Assembly (NCBI GenBank): GCA_964512685.1
Contig: CAZEJW010000004.1
Coordinates: 3,398 to 67,397 of the forward strand
Direction of reading: 5' to 3'
From: an uncultured Leptospirales bacterium
Lineage (GTDB): Bacteria; Spirochaetota; UBA4802; UBA5550
Length of the DNA stretch: 64,000 bases
The notes under the pieces are model-generated. The model saw only the letters and a list, made by a program, of their open reading frames with translations. It was not told the DNA's origin and did not search any database. Each line of letters opens with the position of its first letter. Positions within the stretch are counted from its first letter, which is position 1. This document shows positions 54,421-64,000 of the stretch, piece after piece. The translations under genes and the position numbers were made by a program.

Positions 54421-55155
54421 ATGATAATATGGACACTTTTAACTACAGTATTGTTTACACTTCTTATCGGTATCCCGATTATTCTGGTTGCTTTTCTCAG
54501 CAAAACCGGTAAAACTCCATACAAAATGGGCAGATTTTTCAGCTGGCTTGTTATGAGAGCTAATCTTGTTAAACTTCACGTTGTTGAGAATAAGAATGTT
54601 TTCAAGCAGAAATCATACATCTACATTTCAAATCACCTTAGCAATCTTGACCCTCTGGCTGTTTCAAATTCTGTCCCAAATCCATTGAGATTTATTGGAA
54701 AGGCATCTCTTGCCAAAATACCCGTTTTCGGCTGGGCCGCAAAGATGGCTAAGACAATTTTTATTGACCGGACCAATTCAACAAGGGCAGTGGAAACAAT
54801 CAATAAATCCATTCGTGAACTTAAAGATGGCATAAGTGCATTCTTTTTTGCAGAAGGAACCAGAAGTACTGATGGAACAGTAAAGCCTTTTAAGAAAGGC
54901 GCTGTAGCTCTTGCCATTAAAGCAAAATTGCCAATTGTCCCTGTTACAATAATTAACAGTGATAAGCTTTTGAAAAAAAACAGTCTTAGAATAAAGAAGG
55001 GTGTCCTGAAGGTGATTGTTGGTGATCCTATCGATACCACCAGATTCACAATGGAGGACATTGACAAAGTTCGGGACATGGTTGAAGAGGTAATCAGAAG
55101 AACCTTTGAACAGTATCGAGATGCCTTCCAAAAAGAAGTTTTACTGCCAGTTTAA
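54421..55155 (+). CDS. plsC: 1-acyl-sn-glycerol-3-phosphate acyltransferase
   Basis: 244 aa. 'NHLSNLDP' (HX4D), 'FAEGTRS' and 'PIVPV'. Confidence 0.88.
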   Translation: MIIWTLLTTVLFTLLIGIPIILVAFLSKTGKTPYKMGRFFSWLVMRANLVKLHVVENKNVFKQKSYIYISNHLSNLDPLAVSNSVPNPLRFIGKASLAKIPVFGWAAKMAKTIFIDRTNSTRAVETINKSIRELKDGISAFFFAEGTRSTDGTVKPFKKGAVALAIKAKLPIVPVTIINSDKLLKKNSLRIKKGVLKVIVGDPIDTTRFTMEDIDKVRDMVEEVIRRTFEQYRDAFQKEVLLPV

Positions 55156-55379
55156 TTAAATTTTATTGATGATTTTGCGTTCACCAGGTGCTGTTTTGCA
55201 CCTGTGCTGCATGTTATTGGAGTCATAGTGCCCTTGTTTTATTCCAGCCGTAGAAAAATAAAAAAAAACTGAAAAAAACCTTGAACTGAAAAGGCCCTGT
55301 GACCAATCTGCCACGGTCGGTTGAAAACAGAAACGTAGAATTGATGAGCATATTAGTGTTTCTGTTTCAGGAGTTTTCA

Positions 55380-55973
55380 ATGAATTTTATAAAGTATATT
55401 TTTATTACACCAGCCATCATCCTTTGCATCATTCTTCCTCTGAAATCAGAAGAAAATCATGATGAGAAGGATCTAATGGATTCTTACCGAATCGAAAAGG
55501 CAAAACATGAAGCGCTTCTTCAGCATGAGTTTCTTCTTAACAGTCAGAAAAGGATTCTGAGGAGTGAAGCATTTGAAGAAGAAAAAATAAAAGTTGATGT
55601 TCTGGGCACACACTATTTTGATGATGTTGTAGTCTTTTCAAAAAAAACTCTGTCCACCCTCAAACCAACTGATGTAAGTTCAACAGTTAAAATAAAGGCA
55701 ATATTCAATAAAAACAGACTGGTGGGATTATACTGCTATACCTTCTACAGTGACAACACAACCGGTCCGGATTATGCTTGTATATTCGGTAAAAATGGGA
55801 AATATCTGGGTATCGCACAGGTGAAATCCACGGATAAAAATTATTTTAGATTTTTATCAACGCAGAAGCCTTCCGCCCGAACACAGACTTACATCAATAT
55901 CGCCAAACGTCTTTATATTGCCTGGCAGAACAGGAAAAAAAAGATGGTAATGACTACCTCTAATCAATATTGA
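55380..55973 (+). CDS. secreted hypothetical protein
   Basis: Start at ATG 55380 (AGGAG SD), with a signal peptide and no recognisable domain. Confidence 0.5.
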   Translation: MNFIKYIFITPAIILCIILPLKSEENHDEKDLMDSYRIEKAKHEALLQHEFLLNSQKRILRSEAFEEEKIKVDVLGTHYFDDVVVFSKKTLSTLKPTDVSSTVKIKAIFNKNRLVGLYCYTFYSDNTTGPDYACIFGKNGKYLGIAQVKSTDKNYFRFLSTQKPSARTQTYINIAKRLYIAWQNRKKKMVMTTSNQY

Positions 55974-55976
55974 TTT

Positions 55977-56759
55977 TTATTTCAGGTAGAAAACTCTGAA
56001 GTTTTTTATCGAAGATATTGTTTTCATGTATGAAAGGGGCATTTCGGTTTTGAGATTATGATAGCAGAATGCAATGTATCTGTTATGATGTTTTTCCCCT
56101 GGCCTGGTGGCATCGAGCATAACCCATCTTTTTCTGTAAAAAGCTTCAACCCACATGTGATATACGAATAGGTTCTTTTTCCCGGCGAATTTTTTAACAA
56201 GAATCATTCCGGTAACAGCTCTCGCAGGGATGCCGGCTGACCTCAATATTGCTGTCAGAAGTATCGAGTGTTCAGTACAGTCACCTTCCCGATTTTTCAT
56301 GATTACAGAGGCAGGCAGCAGCGGGATGCCAGTCATTTTTTTTTGGATGTGACGGTGTACGAAATTTTCGGCAGAGTATAGCGGATCAGGGCTTCTTTTT
56401 ATTATAGCAGCCTGATTTATAATGGATGAAGATTTCAGGTTCAGGTAACGCGTGTCAGAAAGGTATTGCTGCAGTCTTTTCTCAGCAGGTTTTTTGGTAA
56501 TTATTCCTGATTGCAGTGTTATCAGGGTTGAATCCCCCTGCTTTTCTTTATTGATAGTTTTTTGAAATGGAGTTTTTCTGAGATTGAAAAGCGGACTTTC
56601 TGAAGTAAGCCTGTAATGGGATAAGTTTTGAGAATACACTTTTCCGCTAAAGGATTCGAGCTTTACCGTATAACTTTCCAGGTTCATTGCACCAAGGATG
56701 ACAGAAAAAAATAGTGTGAATAACAATGAATAAAGCAGTGTTTTTTTCCTATGTTTCAC
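55977..56759 (-). CDS. transglutaminase-like cysteine protease superfamily protein
   Basis: 260 aa with a GTG start overlapping the upstream stop (GTGA). 'EGDCTEHSILLTAILRSAGIPAR', 'YHMWVE' and 'LDAT' fit a Cys-His-Asp core. Confidence 0.75.
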   Translation of the reverse strand: MKHRKKTLLYSLLFTLFFSVILGAMNLESYTVKLESFSGKVYSQNLSHYRLTSESPLFNLRKTPFQKTINKEKQGDSTLITLQSGIITKKPAEKRLQQYLSDTRYLNLKSSSIINQAAIIKRSPDPLYSAENFVHRHIQKKMTGIPLLPASVIMKNREGDCTEHSILLTAILRSAGIPARAVTGMILVKKFAGKKNLFVYHMWVEAFYRKRWVMLDATRPGEKHHNRYIAFCYHNLKTEMPLSYMKTISSIKNFRVFYLK

Positions 56760-57454
56760 TGTTTCAGAACTATCTCCATTTTATTATTGAGCATAATTAT
56801 CACGGCTTTTTCAACAACTCCGTCATTGTTGAGATACATGTCAACACTCTTGTAGTTCTCTATTGCCTGTACAATATGCATCAGACGCTTTATTTTACCT
56901 CTAACAGAAATTTCTTTCTTTCCTATAACCTTAACAATAACATTTACCGGTTCTTCTATATCAACTGATGGTTCGAAAATTTTTGCGTTAGCAGAGGCTC
57001 CTTTTGCAAATTTTTGTTTTATTAACTCACTAATAAAATAATTACCGTCAATCATACATCCATCAGGCAGCCTGACGGTTGCTTTGTTGTAGCCGGTGTC
57101 TACAGTTACATTGTTTTTTTTAAATTCGGCCCTGGTTAATATCCGCTGGCTATTGTTATCTGTTTTTGTGATGTTTTCAATCTCCAGCGAGACAGGTTCA
57201 AACGAGGAGGTTTCAACTGTTTTCTGGCTTGTTTTGTTGAGAACACTTCCTGCCCTTATTTCCATTTTTACTGTTGAGATATACTTGTTGTCTGTAAGTC
57301 TGTTGCCGAATTCTGCTTCACCAAGGAGTATTCCGTTCATGAAAAGATCGTACTTCCATACTCCGGTTGGTACTTTATCCGGGTAGTTCCGGCATGAGAC
57401 AAATGTAATAAACAGAAAAGCGGCAAGTATAATTCTTTTATCCATTTTATTCAT
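56756..57454 (-). CDS. lipoprotein, DUF3108-like
   Basis: Start at ATG 57454 or 57445 ('MNKMDKRIILAAFLFITFVSC' lipobox). 'WKYDLFMNGILLGEAEF' is typical of DUF3108. The longer annotated N-terminus overlaps thiL. Confidence 0.5.
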   Translation of the reverse strand: MNKMDKRIILAAFLFITFVSCRNYPDKVPTGVWKYDLFMNGILLGEAEFGNRLTDNKYISTVKMEIRAGSVLNKTSQKTVETSSFEPVSLEIENITKTDNNSQRILTRAEFKKNNVTVDTGYNKATVRLPDGCMIDGNYFISELIKQKFAKGASANAKIFEPSVDIEEPVNVIVKVIGKKEISVRGKIKRLMHIVQAIENYKSVDMYLNNDGVVEKAVIIMLNNKMEIVLKQ

Positions 57455-58439
57455 CCTTTTTAAAGTGATCCCATCCGCCGGGCATGGCTTCGGTTTTTTT
57501 ACCTTCTCTGTTAAGAGAATAACCTGCTTCTGTAATCCGTCCAATGCATGTTATTCTTATATTATTTATTGAATCAAAAGGCATATCTTCCGGAGGAGTA
57601 ACAGAGGTGAATATCAGTTCATATTCCTCTCCACTGTTAAGTGCAAGCTCAACAATATCCCTGTTTCCGTTTTCGGAATATTTATGCAGCTGTTCTGACA
57701 CCGGCAGTTTTTCAGCATCAATGATGAATCCGCAGCCTGATGCCTCAGCAATTCTCCGCATATCTGAAAGAATTCCGTCTGATATATCAATCATGGATGT
57801 AGGGTGGAAAACGCTGAGAATTTCAGAAACAATATCGTGCCTGGCTACCGGGCGGTTGTGTTTCCCGACTAACTGAGTGTAATTATTTTTTTCTGCAGAA
57901 TTTCCGTTAAGCAGTATTTCAAGGCCTGCGAGAGAATCGCCTGTTGTTCCTGTAATATAAATGTATTCTTCCGGTGATGCAGTTTCTCGCAGTATGGGCT
58001 GTCTGTCTGTTTCACCATACAGGCAGATATTAAGCACAAGTTTTTCTGAGCGTGATGTGTCTCCTCCGGCAATTGTTACACCTGCAATGTCTGCCGCATC
58101 GATCATTCCCCTGTATATTTCTTCAATACTGCTTTCGTCCAGTGTGTCCGGAATACCAATGGATATAAATGCCAGAAGGGGAGTTCCGCACATTGCGGCA
58201 ATATCCGATATGTTGCCCATCATTGCCTTGTAACCGATATCTTCTGGTTGTGTTTTGGCGAGAATGAAATGTGTGTTCTCAATGCTTATATCTGTTGTAA
58301 AGAGCCCGTATCTGTCCGGGGCTATCCTGTATACTGCACAGTCATCCCCGATTCCCTTTATAAGGGAATCGGGCAGACCTTTGACTGTGGCCAGTCTGCC
58401 TATATTTTCAATGAGTTTCCATTCACTTTTTACAGACAT
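57447..58439 (-). CDS. thiL: thiamine-monophosphate kinase
   Basis: 330 aa. 'GIGDDCAVY', 'DISDIAAMCG' and 'TIAGGDTS'. Confidence 0.9.
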   Translation of the reverse strand: MSVKSEWKLIENIGRLATVKGLPDSLIKGIGDDCAVYRIAPDRYGLFTTDISIENTHFILAKTQPEDIGYKAMMGNISDIAAMCGTPLLAFISIGIPDTLDESSIEEIYRGMIDAADIAGVTIAGGDTSRSEKLVLNICLYGETDRQPILRETASPEEYIYITGTTGDSLAGLEILLNGNSAEKNNYTQLVGKHNRPVARHDIVSEILSVFHPTSMIDISDGILSDMRRIAEASGCGFIIDAEKLPVSEQLHKYSENGNRDIVELALNSGEEYELIFTSVTPPEDMPFDSINNIRITCIGRITEAGYSLNREGKKTEAMPGGWDHFKKDE

Positions 58440-58440
58440 A

Positions 58441-59883
58441 TCATGAACAGTAGGTTTTGTAACAGTATTCTATTCTTTTACGGCAGTTCTCAAATCCGAT
58501 AAGAGGCAATGCCATGTCCAGTTCGGGCCCCTTGAGTCTTCCTGTAAGCATTGCCCTTATGGGCATGAAGAGTTTTTTACCCTTCTGTGTTGTGTTCGAT
58601 TTTATGAGTGACACCGTTTCTGATGCAAAGTTGTTTTCATTAATCTCTGATGAAATAAGTTCATGCGCTGCTCTGATGATTTCATGACTGTAGTCTTCCT
58701 TCAGCATTGCGGCGGCTTCTTCATCCGGCTCATTAACCTCTTCAAGAAACATCCCAATATAGTTTCTGATATCAGAGAGTACCTCGCAGTAGTTTCTCAT
58801 TAAAAGAAGGATTTCTCTTAGCTGGTTCTCATCAATTGCATTGAGGTCGTATCCTGCCTGCTCAACCTCTGGTTTGAGCAGTGATATGATTTTATCTTCA
58901 TCATAATTTTTTATGTATATGGAGTTCATCCATTTGAGTTTCTTGAAATCGAATATTGCTGCGCTCTTTCCCATGCTTGTAACTTCAAACTGTGAAATGA
59001 TCTCGTCAGTCGAAAGAATCTCTTCTCCGGACTCTGTTGCCCATCCGAGCATGGAGAGATAATTCATAAGTGCCTCCGGCAGATAGCCCTCCTTTCTGTA
59101 TAGATCGACTGACGTAATGCCATGTCTCTTGCTTAGCTTTGATCTGTCAGGTCCAAGTACAAGGGGCATGTGAGCATACAGGGGAACCGGCAGGCCCAGT
59201 GCTTCTGCAACGAGTATCTGTTTGGGTGTATTCGAAAGATGATCCTCTCCCCGTATTACATGGGTTATTCCCATTAGTGTATCGTCTATCGTTACAATGT
59301 AATTATAGATTGGAGTTCCGTCTGATCGGACGATAATAAAGTCACCTCCGATATTTTCACTGCTGAAGGTTACATCTCCCTTTATCATGTCCTTGACTGT
59401 AATTTCTTTGCCTTCAGGTATCCTGAACCTGACTGTTGGTTTTCTTCCTTCTGCTTCATATCTGTCTTTTTCTTCCCTTGTAAGGTTTCTGCATTTGCCG
59501 GGATATACGAATGATTCTTTACCGTCTTTTTCCTGAGCCCTCATTTCATCGAGTTCCTCTTTTGTGCAATAGCAGTGATAAGCCTTGCCCTCAGCAATGA
59601 GTTTATCTGTATATTCTTTGTAAATGTCAAATCTTTCTGACTGTCTGTACGGGCCGAAATTTCCGCCAAGGTCTGGTCCTTCTGTCCATTCGATTCCCAG
59701 CCATTTGAGATCGTCCATAATGGAAATTTCGGATTCTTTTGTGCTCCTTTCAAGATCCGTATCTTCAACCCTTAGAACCAGGGGGGCATTGTTTTTTTTT
59801 GATACAAGGTAGTTTATTACAGCTGTGCGTGCATTTCCAATATGAAGGTATCCTGTTGGACTTGGGGCGAATCTTACTCTCAT
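58441..59883 (-). CDS. gltX: glutamate--tRNA ligase
   Basis: 480 aa. 'RFAPSPTGYLHIGNARTA' (HIGH) and 'KLSKRHG' (KMSKS). Confidence 0.96.
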   Translation of the reverse strand: MRVRFAPSPTGYLHIGNARTAVINYLVSKKNNAPLVLRVEDTDLERSTKESEISIMDDLKWLGIEWTEGPDLGGNFGPYRQSERFDIYKEYTDKLIAEGKAYHCYCTKEELDEMRAQEKDGKESFVYPGKCRNLTREEKDRYEAEGRKPTVRFRIPEGKEITVKDMIKGDVTFSSENIGGDFIIVRSDGTPIYNYIVTIDDTLMGITHVIRGEDHLSNTPKQILVAEALGLPVPLYAHMPLVLGPDRSKLSKRHGITSVDLYRKEGYLPEALMNYLSMLGWATESGEEILSTDEIISQFEVTSMGKSAAIFDFKKLKWMNSIYIKNYDEDKIISLLKPEVEQAGYDLNAIDENQLREILLLMRNYCEVLSDIRNYIGMFLEEVNEPDEEAAAMLKEDYSHEIIRAAHELISSEINENNFASETVSLIKSNTTQKGKKLFMPIRAMLTGRLKGPELDMALPLIGFENCRKRIEYCYKTYCS

Positions 59884-60031
59884 TGGTTTCTCCTGTTTTT
59901 GGCTGATTGCGATTGCTTTCTTAGATTATATCTCTTCCGGGGATTTCAGAAAGCATTTTGGTATCAGAATTATATTTCGTCATGTATTACTACCCGTTAG
60001 GGTTTACTTTAATGAATTAAAAGCTGTCAAT

Positions 60032-60050
60032 AAAAAAAGCCAGGCTGGCT
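60032..60050 (-). terminator. intrinsic terminator after the zinc-finger gene
   Basis: On the minus strand: agcca-gcc-tggct followed by T7. Confidence 0.6.
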
Positions 60051-60073
60051 GTATTGTCTCACAGCTTCAGGAT

Positions 60074-60307
60074 TTAATAGTCGTAGAGATTTACTGACGG
60101 CTGGCCGTTTACTATTTCGTTTGAATCCCTTTCAAGCCTGTTTACCAGTTTCTGGATTTTTTCAACAACCTCATCTTCAAAAAGGACCCTGTCGCATCTT
60201 GTACATTTAAATGCAGGAATGTTTTCCAGAATATAGGTGAAATTTTTTTTACTCACCCTGTATGAGCTTTTCCCTTCAATCAGAGCACCACCGCAATCGC
60301 ATTCCAT
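60074..60307 (-). CDS. YgiT-type zinc-finger protein (MqsA N-terminal-domain-like, no HTH)
   Basis: 77 aa from ATG 60307. 'CDCGG...(28 aa)...CTRCDRVLF' gives two CxxC-like pairs. Confidence 0.6.
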   Translation of the reverse strand: MECDCGGALIEGKSSYRVSKKNFTYILENIPAFKCTRCDRVLFEDEVVEKIQKLVNRLERDSNEIVNGQPSVNLYDY

Positions 60308-60544
60308 TGTTTTATTCCTTGAATAAGATATATGAGGTGATATTATTGTAATATCTTGTTTTCCTCTTTGCCTGTAAAAATCCAGCTTTATAAAATAAGT
60401 CCTCACTGGTTTTACAGTCAAGACAAATTTTATTATGATTCTCAAGGTTTTACCAGTCGATTACTGTGATATTCTGATTGTAATTAAGCTGCTAAATTGT
60501 AATATGTAGTTTGATTGCTGAAATGTGGAGTTAATAAATGGTAG

Positions 60545-62788
60545 ATGAATATGGTAAAAAAAAAGTATTCATTGTTCTCAGAAAATATCAATGATTTTAT
60601 CATTCTTATGATTCCTGTTTTGCTGTTGATGACAATACTGTTTCTAATATTTTTTTTGCTGGTTATCCCGGGTCTGGAACAGAAATTTCTTAATACTAAA
60701 AGAGAGAATTGTAAAAATTTTGTAAAACTGGCTTTAAGTGATTTAAAATCAAGAGAAGACGAAGTTAATAAACAACTTATTGACAAAAAAGTGGCTCAGA
60801 TCAGGGCTGTTAAGCGATTGAGGGAATATCGATATGGTAAGGATAGTAAAAATTATTTCTGGATAATTGGTTCAGATGGAAGAATTCTGATGCATCCTTA
60901 CAGAACTGACCTTGAAAGAGTTGATCCTGCAAAGGTAGCTCTCATGAAAAATGAGAAACTGCTGGTTTATCTTTTTACTAATATGCAGGAAATAGCTAGA
61001 AGATCAGATGGTGGCTTTATCGAATATTTTTGGAGCTGGAAGGATGATCCCGGTCGTTTCGGAAAAAAACAGTCTTATGTAAAACTTTTTAAACCATGGA
61101 ACTGGGTTGTTGGCACTGGAGTTTATCTTGATGATGTAAAAAAAGAACTATCTTATATAAAAAATAATGTATTGTTAATCGGGATATTACTGGTTGTAGT
61201 TTCGGGTATTTTTGTTTTTTTCCTTTCTCTGATGAATTCTGGAGCTAAGAAAAGAGAAAAAGAAGCATTAAATAAGCTTATTTTGAATGAAAGTAAGTTC
61301 AGGTCGATTTTTGATTTCAGTCCAATTGGTATTGCAATAAACAAGCTTGATACCGGGAAGTATCTTTCTGTAAATTCTGCTTTTCTTAAAATAACTCAGT
61401 TATCAAGGCAGAAGATTATGGATATGACCTGGGAAGACACCGGAATTTTTCCTGGATTTTCTGACGGTAATTCACCGGAAAAAATAATACAGAAAGATTC
61501 TGTAGAATCTATGGAACTCAATTATAAAGCAACTGACATATCAAGAAATCTTCTCTATTCAGCTGTTATTATAAATTATGATAATGAACCAGCTGTTCTT
61601 TCAATGATTATAGATATTACACTTCAAAAAAAGATGGAAGAAGAACTGCGACAGTCTCAGAAACTTGAAGTTGTGGGACAACTTGCAGGTGGAATCGCCC
61701 ATGATTTTAATAATATGCTTACAGGTATTCTTGGAGGTGCTGAAATACTTGCAATGAAACTTGATGATGAATCTCCTCTGCAGAAAAGTGTAGGATTAAT
61801 CCTCAAGGGTGCCAGAAGAGCTTCTGACTTAACCAGAAAGCTTCTTGGTTTTTCAAGAAACAATGAAGTACATTTCAGTCATTTTAACGTACACAATGTA
61901 TTAGACGAAGCAATAGAAATGCTAGAACCGAGTATCGATAAAAATATAATCCTCAAAAAGGACTGGTTGTCTGAATTTTCAACAGTATATGGAGACAAGT
62001 CCATGCTTCAGAATGTTTTTCTGAATCTTGGTCTGAACTCAAGGGATTCCATGCCTGAGGGCGGTGTTCTTTCTTTTAGAACGGCTGATGTTTACCTGGA
62101 TGATTCTTTTTGCAAAAAATATGGATATTTATATTCCTGTGGCGGATTTATAGAAATTGATGTCAGTGATTCTGGTACTGGAATGTCAGATGAAACTCTT
62201 CAGAAAATTTATGATCCTTTTTTTACTACAAAACCAGAGGGCAAGGGTACTGGCCTTGGATTATCCATGGTTTATCGAACAGTCAGGGATCACTCAGGCA
62301 TAATAAGTGTATACAGTGAAGTTGGAACAGGAACGGTATTTAAAATATATCTTCCTTCTGAAAAGGGAATTGAAGGTGAGAAATGTACTGAGGATACTGT
62401 TGCTTATGGAAAGGGAATGGTTTTGATTATTGATGATGAAGAAGTTGTAAGAACCAATACAATGACTTTTCTTGAGAATCTTGGATATAATGCAGAATCT
62501 GCATCTGATGGATATGAAGGTATTGATATCTTTTCAAAAGAACCTGACAAATTTGATTTGATAATTCTTGATTTGATAATGCCGGGATTAAATGGAATCG
62601 AAACCTGCAGAAAAATGAAGGAATACAATCCTGATATCAGGATACTCTTTTCCTCCGGATTCAACAGGGAAATTTCCTATAAGGAAATTATTGAATGCGG
62701 AGGCTGTGGATTTATTCAGAAACCCTACCAGTTTATACCTTTCAGCAAGGCTGTTGCAGAAGCATTGTGTTATGAAAATAATGAATAA
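60545..62788 (+). CDS. hybrid sensor histidine kinase (Cache-like periplasmic domain, PAS, HisKA, HATPase, receiver)
   Basis: 747 aa. 'YFWIIGSDGRILMHPY' (single-Cache type), H-box 'GGIAHDFNNMLTGILG', 'GTGLGLSMV', and receiver 'VLIIDDEE...LIILDLIMPGLNG'. Confidence 0.9.
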   Translation: MNMVKKKYSLFSENINDFIILMIPVLLLMTILFLIFFLLVIPGLEQKFLNTKRENCKNFVKLALSDLKSREDEVNKQLIDKKVAQIRAVKRLREYRYGKDSKNYFWIIGSDGRILMHPYRTDLERVDPAKVALMKNEKLLVYLFTNMQEIARRSDGGFIEYFWSWKDDPGRFGKKQSYVKLFKPWNWVVGTGVYLDDVKKELSYIKNNVLLIGILLVVVSGIFVFFLSLMNSGAKKREKEALNKLILNESKFRSIFDFSPIGIAINKLDTGKYLSVNSAFLKITQLSRQKIMDMTWEDTGIFPGFSDGNSPEKIIQKDSVESMELNYKATDISRNLLYSAVIINYDNEPAVLSMIIDITLQKKMEEELRQSQKLEVVGQLAGGIAHDFNNMLTGILGGAEILAMKLDDESPLQKSVGLILKGARRASDLTRKLLGFSRNNEVHFSHFNVHNVLDEAIEMLEPSIDKNIILKKDWLSEFSTVYGDKSMLQNVFLNLGLNSRDSMPEGGVLSFRTADVYLDDSFCKKYGYLYSCGGFIEIDVSDSGTGMSDETLQKIYDPFFTTKPEGKGTGLGLSMVYRTVRDHSGIISVYSEVGTGTVFKIYLPSEKGIEGEKCTEDTVAYGKGMVLIIDDEEVVRTNTMTFLENLGYNAESASDGYEGIDIFSKEPDKFDLIILDLIMPGLNGIETCRKMKEYNPDIRILFSSGFNREISYKEIIECGGCGFIQKPYQFIPFSKAVAEALCYENNE

Positions 62789-62833
62789 TCCTTTTGTGCG
62801 AAAAGGTGCTGGTTTCGCGATCGTCAATGGAGG

Positions 62834-62862
62834 TTCTCACCCTCCTGGAGGGAGGGTGAGAA
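62834..62862. terminator. bidirectional hairpin between convergent genes (12-bp stem ttctcaccctcc/ggagggtgagaa)
   Basis: Perfect inverted repeat with a 5-nt loop, A/T-rich on both flanks. Confidence 0.7.
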
Positions 62863-62887
62863 AAGGATCTTTTATTTAATCAGCTAT

Positions 62888-64000
62888 CTATTTCTTCCTT
62901 AATTCTTTAGCTGCCATTTCTGCAGCTTTTATCAAAGGATAACCTGCTGGTGAAGCTGTAAGCAGTGGTTGTGTTCCTATTTGTGCTGCAAGAAGGGAGT
63001 CAATTGTCATTCTGTTCTGGATGATAAATCCTATAACATTGATCAGTTCTCCTGCACTTATTCCGCCAATAACTTCACCGCCAATTACGGTTCCGCTGTC
63101 CTTGGCCACCACGAGTTTTACCATCTGTTTATGTGTATCGGAAAATGCTCCCGGGTGTCTGTCTATTCCGCTGAAAGATCCTGTTACTACCCTGAATCCT
63201 TCTTTTACAGCAATTGATTCTGTTAAGCCTGCTGTACCATAAGCATGGTTGCCAATCGATGTGGAGTAAATGGCAATAGTTCCACTGAACGCTTTTATTG
63301 TAGAAAGTTCGTAGAGGTTCATTCCTGCAACTCTTGCCTCAGCACATGCTGTAGATGCAAGCATGGTTGTGCTGATTTTTTTTGTTATAAAATCTTTTTT
63401 CTCTGCGCAGTCTCCTGCTGCAAGAATATCAGGGTCATCTGTTCTCATATATTCATCTACTATAATGAATCCTTTTTCATTGAGTTTGATTCCTGCTGCT
63501 GCAGCGAGTTCGGTATTGGGCTTGTATCCGACTGAAAGAATAACAGCATCAGCCTCAATTTTTTCACCGTCTGAAAGAATAACCTCTGATACTTTCCCTG
63601 AACCGGCTATTTCATTCACGCCTTTTCCTGCAACAACTTTGATTCCTCTTTCTTTTAGGGCTTCTTCTGCGTCGAGAGCCACTTCCTTGTCAAAGGCTGT
63701 TCCGAGAATATTGGGAAGAATTTCAACAATGGTTACATCCTTTCCGGCCTTGTTGAGTTCATCTGAAAGTTCTACTCCAATGAAGCCTGCACCAATAACG
63801 ACTACTTTTTTCAGGTCTCCGAGCTTCTGGAGCATTGCGTCAAGATATGATTGAACTTTTGGAACCGTGAAAACATTTTCAAGTTCTGCACCCTTGAGCC
63901 AGTCAGGTACAACAGGGGTTGACCCGGTTGCAATTATCAGCTTTTTAAAAGAAATCTCTGAACCGTCTGCAAGTTTACAGGTTTTTTTCTCTCTGTTGAT
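62888..64000 (-). CDS. FAD-dependent pyridine nucleotide-disulfide oxidoreductase (NADH oxidase / CoA-disulfide reductase family), 5' end beyond the window
   Basis: The frame stays open from 63835 up to nt 64000 ('..KKLIIATGSTPVVP..'). NAD site 'VVVIGAGFIGVEL', and 'ILAAGDCA'. Confidence 0.85.
   Translation of the reverse strand: MNREKKTCKLADGSEISFKKLIIATGSTPVVPDWLKGAELENVFTVPKVQSYLDAMLQKLGDLKKVVVIGAGFIGVELSDELNKAGKDVTIVEILPNILGTAFDKEVALDAEEALKERGIKVVAGKGVNEIAGSGKVSEVILSDGEKIEADAVILSVGYKPNTELAAAAGIKLNEKGFIIVDEYMRTDDPDILAAGDCAEKKDFITKKISTTMLASTACAEARVAGMNLYELSTIKAFSGTIAIYSTSIGNHAYGTAGLTESIAVKEGFRVVTGSFSGIDRHPGAFSDTHKQMVKLVVAKDSGTVIGGEVIGGISAGELINVIGFIIQNRMTIDSLLAAQIGTQPLLTASPAGYPLIKAAEMAAKELRKK

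Overview
This is an AT-rich chromosomal segment from a flagellated, diderm bacterium that looks anaerobic (single-chain PFOR, PPDK, an HgdB/BcrC-type Fe-S protein). I can support about 55 protein-coding genes:
- **Central metabolism:** ppdK (cut by the left edge), pgk, nifJ-type PFOR, ribB, thiL, gltX.
- **Flagella:** a flgG-flgA-flgH-flgI-flgJ-like basal-body block.
- **Envelope and lipid genes:** tatC, lnt, plsC, a family-I lipase with a foldase-like partner, a FadL-like OMP, and an AMP-ligase/ACP/acyltransferase fusion.
- **Signalling:** PP2C, four histidine kinases, three receiver proteins, and a MASE1 protein with a Cys-rich tail.

RNA features are tRNA-Thr(CGU), a stand-alone 5S rRNA with its own promoter and terminator, and an FMN riboswitch before ribB. 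I saw no transposase, integrase, CRISPR array or recognisable defence gene.

The regions most worth a second look:
1. A tightly coupled minus-strand operon (22883-27180). It joins CcsA/ResB-like membrane proteins, a beta-sandwich ORF separated from the ResB-like gene by one in-frame TGA, a NapH-type polyferredoxin and an HgdB/double-cubane-family protein. It has no cytochrome c and no activator ATPase.
2. An ATP-grasp/degenerate-M20 fusion, GGT and FGase operon (37998-42528).
3. A 1.2-kb ORF-poor region (27181-28399) with repeats, hydrophobic sORFs, a structured segment and a strong terminator.
4. A GntR locus with an identical 12-bp palindrome in front of two divergent transcription units.

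Some markers recall Leptospira-like Spirochaetota: a P83/100-like protein, an unlinked 5S gene and the CxxC tail module. Taxonomy cannot be settled from this window. All homology calls come from motif recognition by eye, not from database searches.
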